DNA from: Cycas panzhihuaensis
Lineage: Eukaryota > Plantae > Cycadophyta
DNA length: 64,000 bases
NCBI GenBank assembly: GCA_023213395.1
Contig: CM041465.1
Location: 146,141,741 to 146,205,740 of the forward strand
Direction: 5' to 3'
The position numbers and the translations under genes are program-made. Each line of letters starts with the position of its first letter. Position 1 is the stretch's first letter. This document shows, piece by piece, positions 1 through 14,529 of this stretch. Below the pieces are notes generated by a model. That model was not told the DNA's origin, did no database searches, and was given only the letters and a program-made list of their open reading frames with translations.

Positions 1-1625
1 GAAGATCTACACGGGTCATGCATCCTCCTGAAAGGTACAACCTAACTATTTCTACTGCTTTGATATCTAATGATGGAGAACCTACATATTATTAGGAAGT
101 AATGAATGATGTCTATAGTATAAGATGAATAAGGGCCATGCAAGAAGAAATAGATGTCTTAGAGAAGAATAACTCATGGGACCTGGTAGAACCTCTACAA
201 GTTAGGAAAACTATTAGTTAAAGATGGGTCTACAAATGGAAAACATCTGTTGGTGGTAAAATTGAAAGATATAGGGAAAGATTAGTGGTAAAAGGTTTTA
301 TACAAAAAGTAGGTATAGATTTCCATGAAATCTTTTCACCAGTTTTTAAGCTTATTTCTATTCAAGTTGTGTTAGCATTAGTGGTTTCACTTGATTTAGA
401 GTTGGAGCAATTAGATGTTAAAATAACATTTACACATGGAGATTTAGAGGAGAAAAAATATATGGAATAGCCAAAAGGCTTTATATAGGATGGCAAGAAT
501 AAATTTGTTTATAGGCTCAAGAAATCTTTATATGGCCTAAAACAATCACCCAAGCAATGGTATAGGAAGTTTGATCCCTTCATGAAGAGCTAAAATTAAA
601 AAAAAAATGTATATGATTATTGTGTTTAGTTTAAAATCTTGGATAATGGCTTATTCATCATTTTAGTATTATTTGTTGATGACGTGCTTATGGCAAGCAA
701 ACATATAGCAAAAATCCATAGGTTAAAGGCTCAAATAACTAGGATGTTTGATATGAAAGATTTTGGAGTAGTAAAATAAATCTTGGGTATGGAGATACAT
801 AGAGATATGAAGAATGATAAGCTTTAGTTATCATAATAGAAATATGTGGAGAAGATATTAACTAGATTTGGTATAGGGAATGTGAAACTTATTAGTATCT
901 CAGATGCTTCCCATTTCAAGCTTTCTTTAAGTTTGAGTCCTAGTTATGCAGAAGAAAAGGAATATGTATCTCATGTACCTTATGTTAGTGTAGTGGGAAG
1001 CTTAATATGTATGCCATGTATAAGACTTGATATTTCACATGTAGTTGATGTGACTAGCATATATATGGTAAATTTAGGTAAAGAACATTAGGTAGTAGTG
1101 AAATGGATGCTTAAGTATTTAAGGGGCACAAGTAACTATTACATCACTTTTAGTGATACAAGTAATTTGATTTGTGGATATGTGGATTTAGATTTTATAG
1201 GAGACTTGGATAAAAAAAGATTAACACTAGGTTATGTGTTTACTCTTGTAAATGGTCCAATTAGTTGGATGTCTAAAATGTAAAGTACAATTACTTTATC
1301 TACTACAGAAGTAGAGTATATTATTGTAGCACATGCTTATAAGAAAATAATTTAGTTGTAAGGTCTATTGGGTGAGCTTGAAAAGGAATAGGATAAGGTA
1401 AAGGTATTTTGTGATAGTCAAAATGTCATTTACTTGGCCAAGAATCTAACTTATCACAGTAGGATAAAGTACATTACACTTAAATATCATTTTGTAAGAC
1501 AAGTTATTGAAGCAGGTGGAGTAACACTTGAGAAGGTTTATACTAAGCAAAATTGTGTAGATATTTACTAAACCAATATTACTAGAGAAGATCAAATTGT
1601 GTTTAGTTTTTCTTGGCTTACATGA
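1..1625 (+). pseudogene. Degenerate Ty1/copia pol (RT-RNase H), Tork/Tnt1-like; 5' part lies outside the window
   Basis: Fragments VKGFIQKVGIDFHEIFSPV, LEQLDVK..F.HGDLEE, LFVDDVL, VPYVSVVGSL, GYVDLDFIGDLDKKR, with many stops and frameshifts. PPT-like caaggtgaaga precedes the LTR. Confidence 0.92.
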
Positions 1626-1681
1626 AAGGTGATGAATGGTTCAAGGAAGGTATTAGGTAAAATTATTGTCAAGGTGAAGAT

Positions 1682-2297
1682 TGTTGGGTATATGATAATA
1701 ATGTGTAAGGAGACTAAAATTTTCACTTATTTCCTACGCAGTTTTTCCCACCACTTTTCTCGAGAGGATTTAAGTGGGATACCAACCCCTCTTGGTAGGG
1801 GGAGTGTAGGGGGAGCCATAACCGCACCCGCAAATGAGGGTTTAGGGGCAATAGCCCCTAAAGTAAAATTTTAGGATTCAAAACTTATCAAATAGTAAAG
1901 AGAATCAGGGAAGTTCATTAAAAACTCCTTAGATCCAACAATTGAGATTTTGTACCATCTTATGACACTTCATGTAACCCAAATTGGGTAATTTTTTTGC
2001 TAGTAGTTATTGTTGTTATTGTTATGAGAACTCTATGGTAGTTGTAGTACAAATTTCTATTCTTAATCAATAAAGCTTGATACCTTTCCTACATGGATGT
2101 TTCCTTAGTAACTTATTAGGGTTTTACCATGTTAAATCTAATGTACTTGGTAATGCTTATACTTTTCTTATGTATGTATTGAATATTCTCTAGTTTATAT
2201 ACTTTCATTTTATTACAATTTCAAATCTTATTCTTGTTACAAAATAGAATATATCTTGGTAGTAGTTTTAGATATTTAGAACTAGGTTTTCTCAATA
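1682..2297 (+). mobile_element. 3' LTR of the Tork-like copia element
   Basis: Starts tgttggg after the PPT and ends tcaata (CA>TA). Similar along its length to the solo LTR at 49342-49985. Followed directly by RT codons (EMNSI) of the host copia. Confidence 0.8.
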
Positions 2298-3760
2298 GAG
2301 ATGAACTCCATTATAAAAAATAACACTTAGGAGCCAACTAAATTGCCACTTAGGAAGAAAGAAATTGATCATAGATGGGTATATAAGATAAAATTTCATA
2401 CAGATGGCACCGTAGAATGTTACAAAGGTCGTCTTGTAGCAAGTGGTTTCAAGCAACAAGAGGGGATTGACTATGATGATACCTTTGCACTAGTAGCCAA
2501 TATGACCATATTTCATTTGGTTATGTCCTTAGCAAGCTTGTTTATCAAATGGATGTTAAAGAGTGATTTCCTCAATAAAGAGCTCAAAGAAGAGGTTTTC
2601 TTGAAGTAATCTCCTCACTATTCTATTATAAGCCAAGTAACACTTAGTCTATAAACTCAAGAATGCCCTTTATGGACTCAAATAGGTACCACATTCCTAG
2701 TATACGAAGATAGATGCCTTCCTTAACCAACATGGATTCAATCGTTTACCCTCTAATCTAGATTTATATATTCTAGTTAGAGACAATTTGATTATAATCA
2801 TTATTCTATGTATAGATGATCTTACAATCATTGACAACATAAATTATATTGCTTGGATTCAATTAGAATTAAAAAACAACTTTAAGCTGATAGATCTTAG
2901 GTTGCTCCACTACTTCCTTAGAATTAAAGTTTAGCAAGAACAATGACACATCTTCCTAAATCAAACAAAGTATGCTAATGAGCTCTTAGAAAGATTCAAG
3001 ATGACAGAATATAAGCTAATGCCAATTCCTATGGAGATAGGAACTAAGTCAAACTTCAATGAATAAAGAAAGCCTTTTGATCCCACTTTGTATCGATAAT
3101 TATTTAGGAGCCTCATTTATCTTATCCACACTCATTCAAATATTTCATATATAGTAGGGATCTACTTTAGGTACATGTCATAACTAGAAAGCATCTCATT
3201 GGAAAACTACTACCATGATTCTTAAATATATTTGTGGCACACATCAGTTTGGCCTTGAGTATAACCAAACTGACTCTTCTATCTTGAAAGGATATACATA
3301 TGCTAATTAAGTTGGTTGTTAGGATACTCGCCACTCAACTTTAGGTTATTACTTTGATATAAACTCAACTATAATCTCATAAAGCTATAAGAAGTAACTA
3401 AATATTGTCATTTCCTCCATCGAAGTAGAATACAAAGTAACTGTCCATGCTATAATCAGGTTAATTTGGCTTAGAAGGATTCTTGTTGAGCTTGGGCTTC
3501 ACCAACATGCACCCGCCATCTTTTATTATGATAATCAAAGTGTTTTGAAGATGATGAAGAATCTTATATTCCATGCTAGAACCAAGCACATTGAGGTCCA
3601 TCATCACTTCATCTATGAGCATGTTCAAAATGGAGAAATTAAATTTTCCTACCATCCAATTAAAGACAAGGTTGAGAACATCTTCACCAAAGCATTTGGC
3701 AAACCAAAGTTTGAATGGTTTCGACATGACATTGATATCTAAATAAATGAAGATACTATT
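2298..3760 (+). pseudogene. Degenerate copia RT-RNase H of an older host element
   Basis: RWVYKIKFHTDGTVECYKGRLVA, GIDYDDTFA, FHARTKHIEVHHHFI, IFTK. PPT aagggagga at 3761-3769. Confidence 0.9.
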
Positions 3761-3769
3761 AAGGGAGGA

Positions 3770-4162
3770 TATTAAAACTATGTAATAAAATCATTATTTC
3801 ATTGTATTTTATGTTTATTATGTGCATAATATAATCCTAAGGTGACCCTTTATTATAGTTTAAACTTATTGTATAATATGGTTGGGTTTGCCATATATGC
3901 TGCTTAGTTAGCCAATTATAATTCTCAAAATATTGATGGGATGCTTATAAATAGAGCCTTGCAATATTGCTTTGTACATTATATTAAAGGTTATATGGAA
4001 GCTCCACCAAAATTAAGCCTCATGTGGTGACAAATTCATTGGTTCTCTTTGTTCTACTATTATTCTTATATATTTTGCTTATTTCCTATATTATTTAATT
4101 AGTATAACTTATTTTTTAATCACATGCATATGATTTATTGATCTTGAAGTATTTTAGCAACA
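3770..4162 (+). mobile_element. Probable 3' LTR of the host copia
   Basis: Follows the PPT, starts tatt (TG>TA), has TATA-like ttataaatag, and has a plausible end gcaaca. The right boundary is uncertain because no partner LTR is in the window. Confidence 0.55.
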
Positions 4163-5213
4163 TATTGGTTTAGGAAGTGAATTGTGTAATAATGTGTATT
4201 TGAACTAAAAAGAATAATATACATTCAAATAAAATTTGCAATATGTTAGTGTTTTATTTTTTATTTTTTATGGTGGACCAAAATTATATGATTTATAATC
4301 AAAGGATGAAGAAAAACAAAAATAATCTTGAATATAATTTCAAGCCTCTAACCAATGAAACTTATTTGAGAGATTAGCCCATTACTAAAACTCAAAAACA
4401 TAGAAAATTTTCTTTTTATAGCTAAGAGTTTATCATTTTGATGATAAAATCAAAATAATACTAAACATAAACATGATGGACCAATAATGCAAGAATGATT
4501 GTGTGGATTAAATCAAGAACTTAATGTTCGTCTAGTTCTTAATTTAATCCATATCACTATTGATTTAATCATTAGATGTTATTTTCTCATATTAATGCTA
4601 ATGCACACAAAGAATATAATGTATGTAATTACTCAATAATTGTAAATAACTATTGATCAATCATTGATGAAATATGTTCTATCTCGTAACCTAATATTAT
4701 ATATATATATGTATGTATGTATGTATGTCACCCTTGGCCACACCCATTAGGTGAGTCTTTTTCTATCTTTTTCTCATACCCTTTCATTACACTAATCAAA
4801 ATTATATAACAACCAACTTATAGTCAACTTCTAATCATTCTTTAATATTGTTATTTTCTTGATGTTTGGTTGCACCATGCATAAAATTCAACTACACGAT
4901 GCTTAGCTTATTAGACAATGCTTCAAATATTAATTACATAGCAAATAAACACCAAGTACATAATGTTTAGATATTAATTAATGTTACATGTATTGATTAT
5001 ACAAACCTTGTTTTTCAATTATGTAGAGGCTATAACCATTGATTATATTATCATTCTTTATTAGTTATACTTTTATCTTTGATCAAATATATTATTATGA
5101 TTAGAATCTACTATACATCTTTCTATAGGAACTATATTACTAAGTATCTTCACTTAGCTAATTAATTGGCTAAGTTCAAAGTTAGGATTCTACTATATTC
5201 TTAGAGGAAGATG

Positions 5214-5312
5214 TTTGTGACCCTTGAGTAGAATACACTTTAAGATACCTAATTTGTTTTTATTTTTGTGACCCTTGAGTAGAACACACTTTAGGATACC
5301 TAATTTGTTTTT
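5214..5312. repeat. 51-bp tandem duplication
   Basis: tttgtgacccttgagtagaa(t/c)acacttta(a/g)gatacctaatttgttttt occurs twice, at 5214 and 5265. Confidence 0.9.
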
Positions 5313-5399
5313 GTTTTTTCTTTACCTAATTAATCTAGTCTAGTTCAATACTATTATGGCTGACTTCAATAATTTCATTATGATCAACATTCATAGCAT

Positions 5400-7436
5400 A
5401 GCCTCATTTCTTAAATTTTTTTCTCCTAAAAAATTTTAGATGATGCTAGTGTTTTTAGATGAAGCAGTTTATTTCCCATGTGTAGTCTTTTATTATGGTT
5501 GTATTGGTATAAGTGTTTTATTGGTAGGAGTCGATTTGGTAAGATTTCAACATAGCGTTCCATGTTTTTCTCTGGAGGGAGGCCTTTGGGTATGTCTTAG
5601 AATACTAGTTTATGATCTTGAAAGACCCATTTTACTTTGTCTACTTCCCCTTTTGGGCTTACTTCTTTGAGGATATCTTGTTTTTCTAAGTGTTGGATAA
5701 TCGCTCGATAAACCCGGTGTGGCTTTTTCTTAATATTATATCTACCTTGTAGGAGTCCATCATTTATGGTGGTGGAAACTTTATTTTACATGAGGTGTAT
5801 TTTGTCTTGTTTTAGTTGAATTGCATCACTATTTGTGTTGTAGGTGCTCAAGGTTCTTATCTATTATACTCCTAATACTAGATGTACTCCTCTAACGTGT
5901 AGTGAAAAAAAGTAAGATGCTAGTATATAATTACCTATATTTAGTTTGACATCTTTGATTTCTCCATCATATAGTAATATTTTACTTTCAAGGGTGGATA
6001 TTTAGGAATTAGAGTTTTGTTATATGTGTAGCTCTAATTTTCTTATCTTTTTGGAAGTAATGAAGTTGTGTTTATTTCTTGAATTGATGAGGACCACTAC
6101 TTTGCTCTTCCTATGTGCTCTACTATCTTTAGGGTGTCTAGTCTTTTTGTATTTTGGTAATTGATGCTATCAATATTTCAAGTTTCTATATCTCAAATAT
6201 ATTTATTATTATTTTTTAATTTTCTACACCTTCAATGTCTAATTCTGTTTGGTCCACATGACTTTTATCTTATTATAGTTTCTTGGATGCTTTAGTGTCC
6301 ATTTCCCACCATATTTTACCTTCCCTTCTTTGCATTTCTGATTGTACTAATTACGACCATTGACTTTCAATTAACCATGGTGCTTGTGTGTATTCGTTTT
6401 GTGTTTGGCATGTTTTTAAGTGCTTTATTTTAGTTGAATGTCTTCTTTGTAGGACAATGCACTTGTAAATACCCTAATGTCACACTTTTGATTATTGGGG
6501 TATTTAATGATATGTTCTAGTATTTTGGGTTTGCATTTGTGCAACTTGTATCTTCAACTTAACTCTTAGATTCCTAATATAGAAATCTAATGCTTGTTTT
6601 TGTTGTATATTTGTTTTAGGGAATGCTTCTCAGAGTTCTTTATGTACTTTGGGATTGTCAATTCTTTTTGGAAGGCATGGGCTGGTTAGATGTGATATGT
6701 TTATTTCATGTTCATTATTGTTTAGGTGAGGAATTCTTTATTAAATTGATTGGAGGTTAGGGTTCATTTTATTACAACCTAAAACCAATTACTTCCCTAA
6801 GTAAAAGTACGCTCTTTAAGTTTGTTTAACGCAAAGCATGCTTCGTCTAGGATTGATGCCATATTTCCATCCAAGAATGAGTCTCCCAATTTGGCTAGCT
6901 ATTCTTCTAGTTTAATTAGGTTATTAAACCTATATATATGTATATTCATATGAATTTTAAATTTTTATAGGCATGTATCATTCTTTCCTAGTGGTGGTGA
7001 TTGATCATGTAATCTTATGTTATGCTCATAAGGTTATCCTTCTATTGCTTTTATCAATCTCTATAGTTATTATTTAATTTTGCCTTACTTTTTCTATAAT
7101 CTTCTTGTTTTAGTTTTTAGGTCTCATAGGTTTATATATATTATGCTTTATGTAGTATGGATTCTTTGTATGTTCATTTCCACTATAGATATTTTAGTGG
7201 ATAACTTTTCTACTTATGAGTTTAATGGTGGATTTTCTGCTATCTTCTTAGGTAGCATTGTGATTTTGCTTATTTCTTTATAGATCAATAGACTGATGCT
7301 ATGACTTTTAGGATTGGGATCTTTACAGATGAGCTTCTTACTAGGATGCTTATGGATTAGTTGGGGCAATAAAGTAAGTCATGCAAAGTACCATTGTTGA
7401 AAACATAGTAATGTAAAGACAAGCCACTATGAAATT
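5400..7436 (+). mobile_element. Highly decayed L1-like LINE remnant (ORF1/endonuclease side)
   Basis: Traces of APE motifs IIGVFND (~6492, cf. GDFN) and SRID (~6848). It continues in the same orientation into RT traces right of the 7437-28232 insertion. Confidence 0.45.
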
Positions 7437-7483
7437 TGTTATAAACCTACTTAAAACTAATTAATCATAAAAAACATGAATAG

Positions 7484-7795
7484 TGTTGGACTATGACTAG
7501 TTTACTTGTCAAGAAGTCCTCTTCTTAAATCACCCACAGGTTTTTGGTATAGCAGCAAGTCACAAGTGGTATCAAAGGCTAGGTTCAAGGTTCAAATCCC
7601 ATGCATATGCCAGACAAAGCCCATTTCCTTAATGGGGTCCCCATGTATCCCTGATTCAGGTGGAATTGTAACATAGGCGATGCATGCTATGGTGGCCTCC
7701 TCATCATGAAGGAGTGTTGGACTATGGTTGGTTCACTTGTCAAGGAGTCTTCTTCCTAAATCACCCATGGGCTTTTGGTGTAATGATAAGTCACA
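7484..7795 (+). mobile_element. TRIM (terminal-repeat retrotransposon in miniature)
   Basis: 81-bp direct repeats TG...CA at 7484-7564 and 7715-7795. iMet-type PBS tggtatcaaagg at 7567, PPT gaaggag, ~150-bp non-coding interior. Confidence 0.92.
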
Positions 7796-8589
7796 AGATC
7801 ATGAAGAAAGGATGGATCTAGGGAATAAATCACTCACATACACATAATGGTAATGGACAATGAAAAAGAGATGAAATAAGATATGAGAGCAAAGCTTGAA
7901 GGTGAGAATGAATAATGACTCCCTCCTTAAGATTTCACCTTTTATTATTGAGGGTGAGCATTAGGGTTAGGATTTTTTTGCCTAATGACATGAACCCAAA
8001 ACTATATCTAAATGTACATAAAGTGTATTTTAATAAGAGAGTAACACTAACAATATATCCTAAGATCACTTAATTAATCTATACAAATGACCTTGATACA
8101 TTAACCTCTTTCAATTTCCCCATTTATGATAGAAGGTTATTTTGAGAAAATCTATTCTATGAGGTCTTTATTTGGGCCTCATTATTATATTAAAATTCTA
8201 AATGACACTTTTGTGGGAAAACCCTTATGGAAAATAAAATCCATAGGCTTTCTAAGATCTATAGCCCCTTTTCTAAATCAAAATAGCTAAGGTGGCTCTT
8301 GATGTAGCCTGATAGCCAACTAGGTTAAATATGCAGCTTGATTTGATGAGTATTCATATAACGTTTGGTCATCCCCTATGCCCTTTCAGGTTTTCATAGG
8401 TTCCAATTTTCTAAAACTAGTACAACCCTTACCCTTTTATACCCACATGGGATTTTCACAAATAAGATAGAGCGGAGACCTACTCTTATTCTTCTATACC
8501 CATAAGGGGTTTTCATGAATAGAATAGAGTATGATGATCCTATTACTATTTTCTTTAATCAGTTAAAGATGGGGGTCTTAAGGCTGAGT

Positions 8590-11500
8590 TGCCTTTATAA
8601 CTATTTAAGCTTCACCTTTTATAGTAGTTTAGTGAATATATTGACCACTTGATCTACTGTGGGGTAGTATTCCAGTTGAATTGTGCTATCATGAATAAGT
8701 TCTCTAATCCTGTAGAATTTCATACTTATATATTTGGTATGATTATGAAATATTAGATTTTTTACCATGTGGATTGCTAATTGATTATCTACACAAAGGC
8801 TGGTAGGACTTGTTTTGGTGATATTCAATATTTCTAATAATTTTCTAAGTCATATCACATCTTTTCTTATCTCAAAAGTAGTAATGTATTCAACTTTGGT
8901 AGTTGAATCAATAACTATCTTTTACCATCTAGATCTCTATGATATTGGTGATGTTCCAAGAAATGTGACATACCCAGATGTAGATCTTTTTATATCTTCA
9001 TCTCCTGCAAAGTTTGAGTCTGTGTATGCAGAAAGCTTAAATTCATTATTAGGTTCATACAATAGACCAAATTTACTAGTCGTCTTTAGGTATTTTAACA
9101 CTTAAACTATAATATGTCAGTGATTCTACTTAGGATTTGTCATGAATCATGCAAGAATATTGACAAAGTGTGTAATATCTAGCCTTGTATTGGTAGTGTA
9201 GATGAGTTTACTTATAAGTTTCCTATATAGTATTTCATCTACCTCTCTAGTATCATCATCAACTACGAGTTTAGTATTAGGGTCTATAGGTAAAGCTACT
9301 GGTCGAGTATCTTCTAACTAAAACTTGGTTAGAAGATTATTGATGCATTTTTCTTGTAAGAGAAAAAATTTTCTTTTCTTTTATGTTACTTCAATTCCCA
9401 AGTAATATTTCATCAAAGCGAGGTAACAATTTGAACATTTTACTAAGGTGCTTTTTAAACTAGCTTATTGCCTATTCAATGTTACCCATTACTAGCATGT
9501 CATCCACAAAGATTATGAGATAAATGACTTTTTCCTTTTGGCACTTGATGAATAATGTTGCATTAATATCATGGTAGTCACAAATCTCATATCTAAGTTG
9601 CCTCATTCTTTCAGACAACTTCGCAAACCAAGCACAAGGGGCTTGTTTAAGGTTGTACAAGTACTTTTTGAATCTGTAAACATTATTGTCTTGACCTTCG
9701 ATCTCATATCCTTCTAGCTGAGCCATATAAATTTCTTCTTTAAGATCCCTATTAAGAAACATGGTCTTAATATTGAGCTAGTAGATTTTCTAGCCTTATT
9801 GAGAATTTAAGGCCATAAGAATTCTAATTGTAGGCCACTTAGTTTTAGGTGCAAAGACTTTAGTATAGTTAATGCCTTCCCTTTGTGTGAATCCTTTAGC
9901 TACCAACCCTACTTTGTGTTTTTCAAAGGTGTTGTCTGATCTATACTTATTTTGAATACCCATCTATTTTAAACTATATTTCTGCCAAGTGGTAGATCAA
10001 CAAGCTCCCATATACCATTTTTTATAAGAGATTAATATATTATATTTGTCATATTTCTTCAAACTATATGTTTTACAGCTTCTGAGTATGAGAAGGGCTC
10101 TTCATTAAGAGTTAGGTGTAGTTATGTCAGTTCAAGCTTAGTATATAATGATTCATACATCCTTTCTCTATGAGCACTTCAAGTACTAATTTTACCTGCC
10201 TTATCTAGTTGTTTGTCCTTATTAAGTTAGCGGGCTCCACGAGATCCTCGAGTTAGGAATAAGATCCTTATTTCCTTAACTTCTTGGTTCTCATCTTATT
10301 CATTAAAATGATTATTTTATAAGGAGGATGTTGATGCACTTGAGGATGATGGTCATTCTACCACTATTTTACCTTTGTTAACTAAAGGTGGAGAGGATGA
10401 TTCTTCTATAATAGCTTTACCTTTGTTAACTCTACTATCTTCAAAGGATGGTATTAGATGCAAACTCATTAGTTTAGAGTCATAACTTATATTCTTTAAG
10501 GCTCTATTATCAACTTCCAATATTTGGAGTAATTTATATGTGTCCCTCCCCACAAATTTTAGAATCTGATCATTATACTTGATAACATCATTGTAGTAGT
10601 GTGAAGGTATTTTGAAGTCCAGTTTAAGCAACTAATCCTCTATCTCAACAATAATGACATCTCTGGTAATGATGATTTTTTATTATAAAGGTATAAAGAC
10701 CTTATACCCTTTCTTGTCCATAGGGTATCTGATAAAGATGCATTTAAGTGCTCTTGGCTAGAGTTTATTTTGATCTACATCCAGAATATAGGCATAGCAT
10801 GTAGAGCAAAAAAATTTAAAGTAGTGAACTATAGGGGCTTGTCCTAACCACTTTTCATTAGGTGATTGTCCTTCCTTTGATGGGCTAATAACATTAATAT
10901 AATAAATAGCTATCTAGGTGGCTTCAACCCATATGTAGGTAGGTATATTTTTATATACTAACATAGCTCGAGCCATGTTTATGATTATCCTATTCATGCA
11001 TTTGACAACTCTATTTTACTATGGGACACCTGCTACTATTGTTTGATGTTTGATGCCATTATCTCGAAGGTAACTTTTAAACTCATATAAGGTATATTCA
11101 CTACCATTATTAGTTTGAAGATAATTAAGTTGATAATCTAACTCTTTTTTAGTACAGGCTTTAAATTCTTTGAATACATGGAAGGTTTCATCTTTCTTAT
11201 GTAGAAAGTTGCCCAAACTTTTCTAGTGAGATCATCCATGAAAGAGATGTAATATAACTTACCTTTTAGTGAAGGAATATGTATTGGTCCACACAAATTA
11301 GACTATACCAATTACAATGGATGGCTTGATTTCCATTGACTTTTAGGAAAGGGTTATCGATGAAATTTGGCAATGATATAAACTTTACATTTGAAGGACT
11401 TGGAGGAGAACTTTAAAAGACTTAGAAGAGTGTTACAAAGATCTCTAAGTCTATCAATGTAAACATGGCCCATGCAAGTATGCCAATGAGCTTCTGCTGA

Positions 11501-13080
11501 CAACATTAGATGAGTTAGGCACAATGGGCTTCAGAAGATAGAGAGACATTCAGTTGGAAGAGTTTTCCAGTAAGATATCCAATCAAGACCACTCAATCAG
11601 TTGGAGGGTAAATGACCTAGAGAGTTTGGTCATTTGCAGTTACACTCAAATTAAATCCACGAGAGATAAGTGTGGATAAGGAGAGTAGGTTTTATTTGAG
11701 ATTTGATATGTATAGGATATCAAGCAATGTAAAATCTCTTAAGCCTAGGAGTTTCAAGCAAATGTTATTAATTCCTTCAATAGGTTGTTATGATTTATTA
11801 GCCATATGAATAACTCCTTGAATATTTGAGTCAAATGTTTGATACAAACTATGGTTGCATGTCATATGTTGAGTTTCTCCTATGCCCATAATCTATTATC
11901 CATTGATTGAAGCAACACTATTTATAATTCCAATAGGACTTGGCATTGGTGAAGGGAATTCATAAGTGATATATCTATATCAAGCTTCAAAGTATCTCTA
12001 TGGTTGGTTAATATCATTTGATATTAAAGATCTCTCAATTATTTAAAAGTATGCTTGTATAAAACTTGTACCACTAAATAATTCTTCACAAGCTTCTTCA
12101 ACATTATGAGCTCTATGTTTTGGTTAGAACTTAGCTAACTTATAAGTGGCAGTTCTACAATCTTTTGTAAAGTGTTCTTTACAGTTATACCAATCACACA
12201 TAATAATTTGATTGCTAGTCCCTAAAATGGTATTGGTTTGACCTGACTATCTTACGTTTTGTTGAGATGGTCCTTGGTCTTGAGACTATCAAGGCTATGA
12301 CTGAGGGTTTGATTGACCTTATGGATGATTTCCCATATTTCCTTCTCTTCCTCTTGCTCAGTTATTTCCTCTGCCATAAGAGGGACCTTGATTCTTTATG
12401 TAGAAAGCTTTTTCTTCCACCTCAAAGGCTATATCTAGAAAAGAGTCAGAGGCTACAAAGTTCATATCAAAGGTCCTGTCAAATTCTATGAACTTCTTGG
12501 TATGTGCTTCGAAGTTGAATGACTTCAACGTTCCACTAGATTGAAGACTTCAAAGTAAGTTTTTATAATCAGAGACATGTAGACATGATTAGATCAAAAA
12601 TGCCTAAGTGATGTATTGGGTCTTAAAATCTTTGTCAATTACCTATTTTATTAGTCGAAAGAGATTTATTATCTCATAAGCTCATCCCTTATGTATTTTT
12701 AATTTGTTCATTTTTAGAACAAGATGAACAAATTCTAAGTCTAACTTGGTATCAAAGTTCTTCTTGAGAACTTCAAGGACCTTCCAGGCTATATCATGTT
12801 GCTCTTTATTAATCAAGTTTTGCAATAAGTGATCAGTAACTAACAAAAGTTTTGCACAAATCATTTCATCATCTATCTCCCATTGTAGTTTGACCATGAT
12901 ATCTGTAGAAGTTATTAGAGCAGTTCTACTGGAAGTAGGTGTTATAGTTATTGTAAGTATAATAGGTGTAGGTTGTAAGTGGGCTCTCTAAAGGCCTTTA
13001 TACTTTGCAGTATTTTTAATTCCAGTGTATCACAAATTCTAATTTTTTTCCCCTTTCAATATGCAGTTGACGTTCTTCTT
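8590..13080 (-). pseudogene. Degenerate copia gag-pol (gag, PR, IN, RT, RH)
   Basis: IN: LQTNNGSEY, GIKHQTIV. RT: FLNRDLKEEIYMAQ, FVDDMLV. RH: DNQLAIHM..N.IFH.HTK, IFTK. Copia domain order. Confidence 0.9.
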
Positions 13081-13634
13081 AAATTGAGATGATAACGGAG
13101 TAGAAGAGATGATAGAAATATGTTCCACTAACACATGTAACTAGTACATTTGGCGCAATATAGATGTATAAATGAATATTATGATGAGAAGGCAAGTAAT
13201 GATTAAGTATTTTCAACAACTATGAGAAATGAATAAAAGTAATAATATTAGAATGAGCCCTAATATAGAGCTAGCAAAGAGTGGTGATGTGTCATGCCAC
13301 TAACCCCTAACTTATGTTTAAATATAGGTGAGGTTTTGATGCCTAAGGCTTCTAGTATACAATTAGAGCTTTTATTTACAATACCTGTACCTACGCTTAG
13401 TGATAAAATCTAAGTCATAGTGGAGCCTAGGTACTCTCAGTCCTCATCCAGTTCACCAATGAGCAACTATATACTTCCTCCAAAGAGTCAAATGGTACAG
13501 CATATCCCATGGCTATGACGAATATTAGACCGTGTTGATTTTAATCTTATATTAAGGTTTTAGTTATCCTAGCTAGTTATCAGGATAATCCCTAAAGGGA
13601 GCCCATAGGTATAGCTAAGCTATCACTTGACCAA

Positions 13635-13926
13635 TGTTGGGTGTAATACTCAATTCCATTAGCCATTTGTAAACTCTCTCTATCTTTTGTATATTGTATT
13701 AGAGTTGTGGGCCACCTTGATATGTGTGCCACCTCTAAGTAGTCCAATGGGGTTCTTTCTCTAGTGGTGAGGTTGTACTATAAGTATGTACTCTTACTTG
13801 TTCATAATGGAGTTTTGGCCAATTCTCCAACATGGTGTCTATTCTGTGCATACTTCATCTTTTGTTGCTCACCATTAGGGTTTGATATGCTTGTCAAATT
13901 ACTAATCCTAACATGGTATCAGAGCC
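13635..13926 (+). mobile_element. 5' LTR plus PBS of a truncated LTR element; its leader continues to ~16700
   Basis: tgttggg...cctaaca (13635-13913) followed immediately by the perfect PBS tggtatcagagcc. No partner LTR or gag was found, so the left boundary is tentative. Confidence 0.7.
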
Positions 13927-14529
13927 CAAGGTTCAACCCTTGGAGGCCTTTCTTGTAAATCCTAGTACATGTCATTCATGTTTTTGAGCTTTCAAGTCTT
14001 GTAAATTTTTTGATGTGCCTGTTTCATGACTTTGTCAAGTTGAAGATCATTTCAAGTTATATCTGATGCATATTTTGTTATGGAACTATTGTCAAGTTTT
14101 GAAGGACTATTTTGATGGTGATGAGAGGCTATTTTCAAGCCTGTTTTGAAGTTTTGTGGCTGTTTGAAGCCTGTTGATACTGCTCAGTGGACTTTTTCTC
14201 TACATGTGGTACCACAATAAATTTGCATGCAGGTGAAAGTCCACCAAATTTTTGTCTGGATCCAATTCTGTTTAATTGCTTCCTTCGCATGTCGATGGGC
14301 AGTGCTACGAGAGCGATTAACGGTTGAGTGAGTGCTTCTCGCTATCCGGAAGCTAGAAGAGACTCCATTTTCAAAAGATTTGCAGATTTTCAGGTTATAC
14401 ATATATTTTTGCTAATATGTATTTTTCTTATGCTCAAAAATTTTGTATTCAAGGCCTTCAAATCTGGCCTATATTCTTATGTATTTTTCAAAAAAAAAAA
14501 AAAAAAAGAAAGGAGAAAAAAACAAAAAT

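Noticed and set aside
8436-8555. ~60-bp degenerate duplication in the copia 3' UTR, and the NKGK duplication near 10370-10430
   Set aside because: These are ordinary local duplications in variable retroelement regions.
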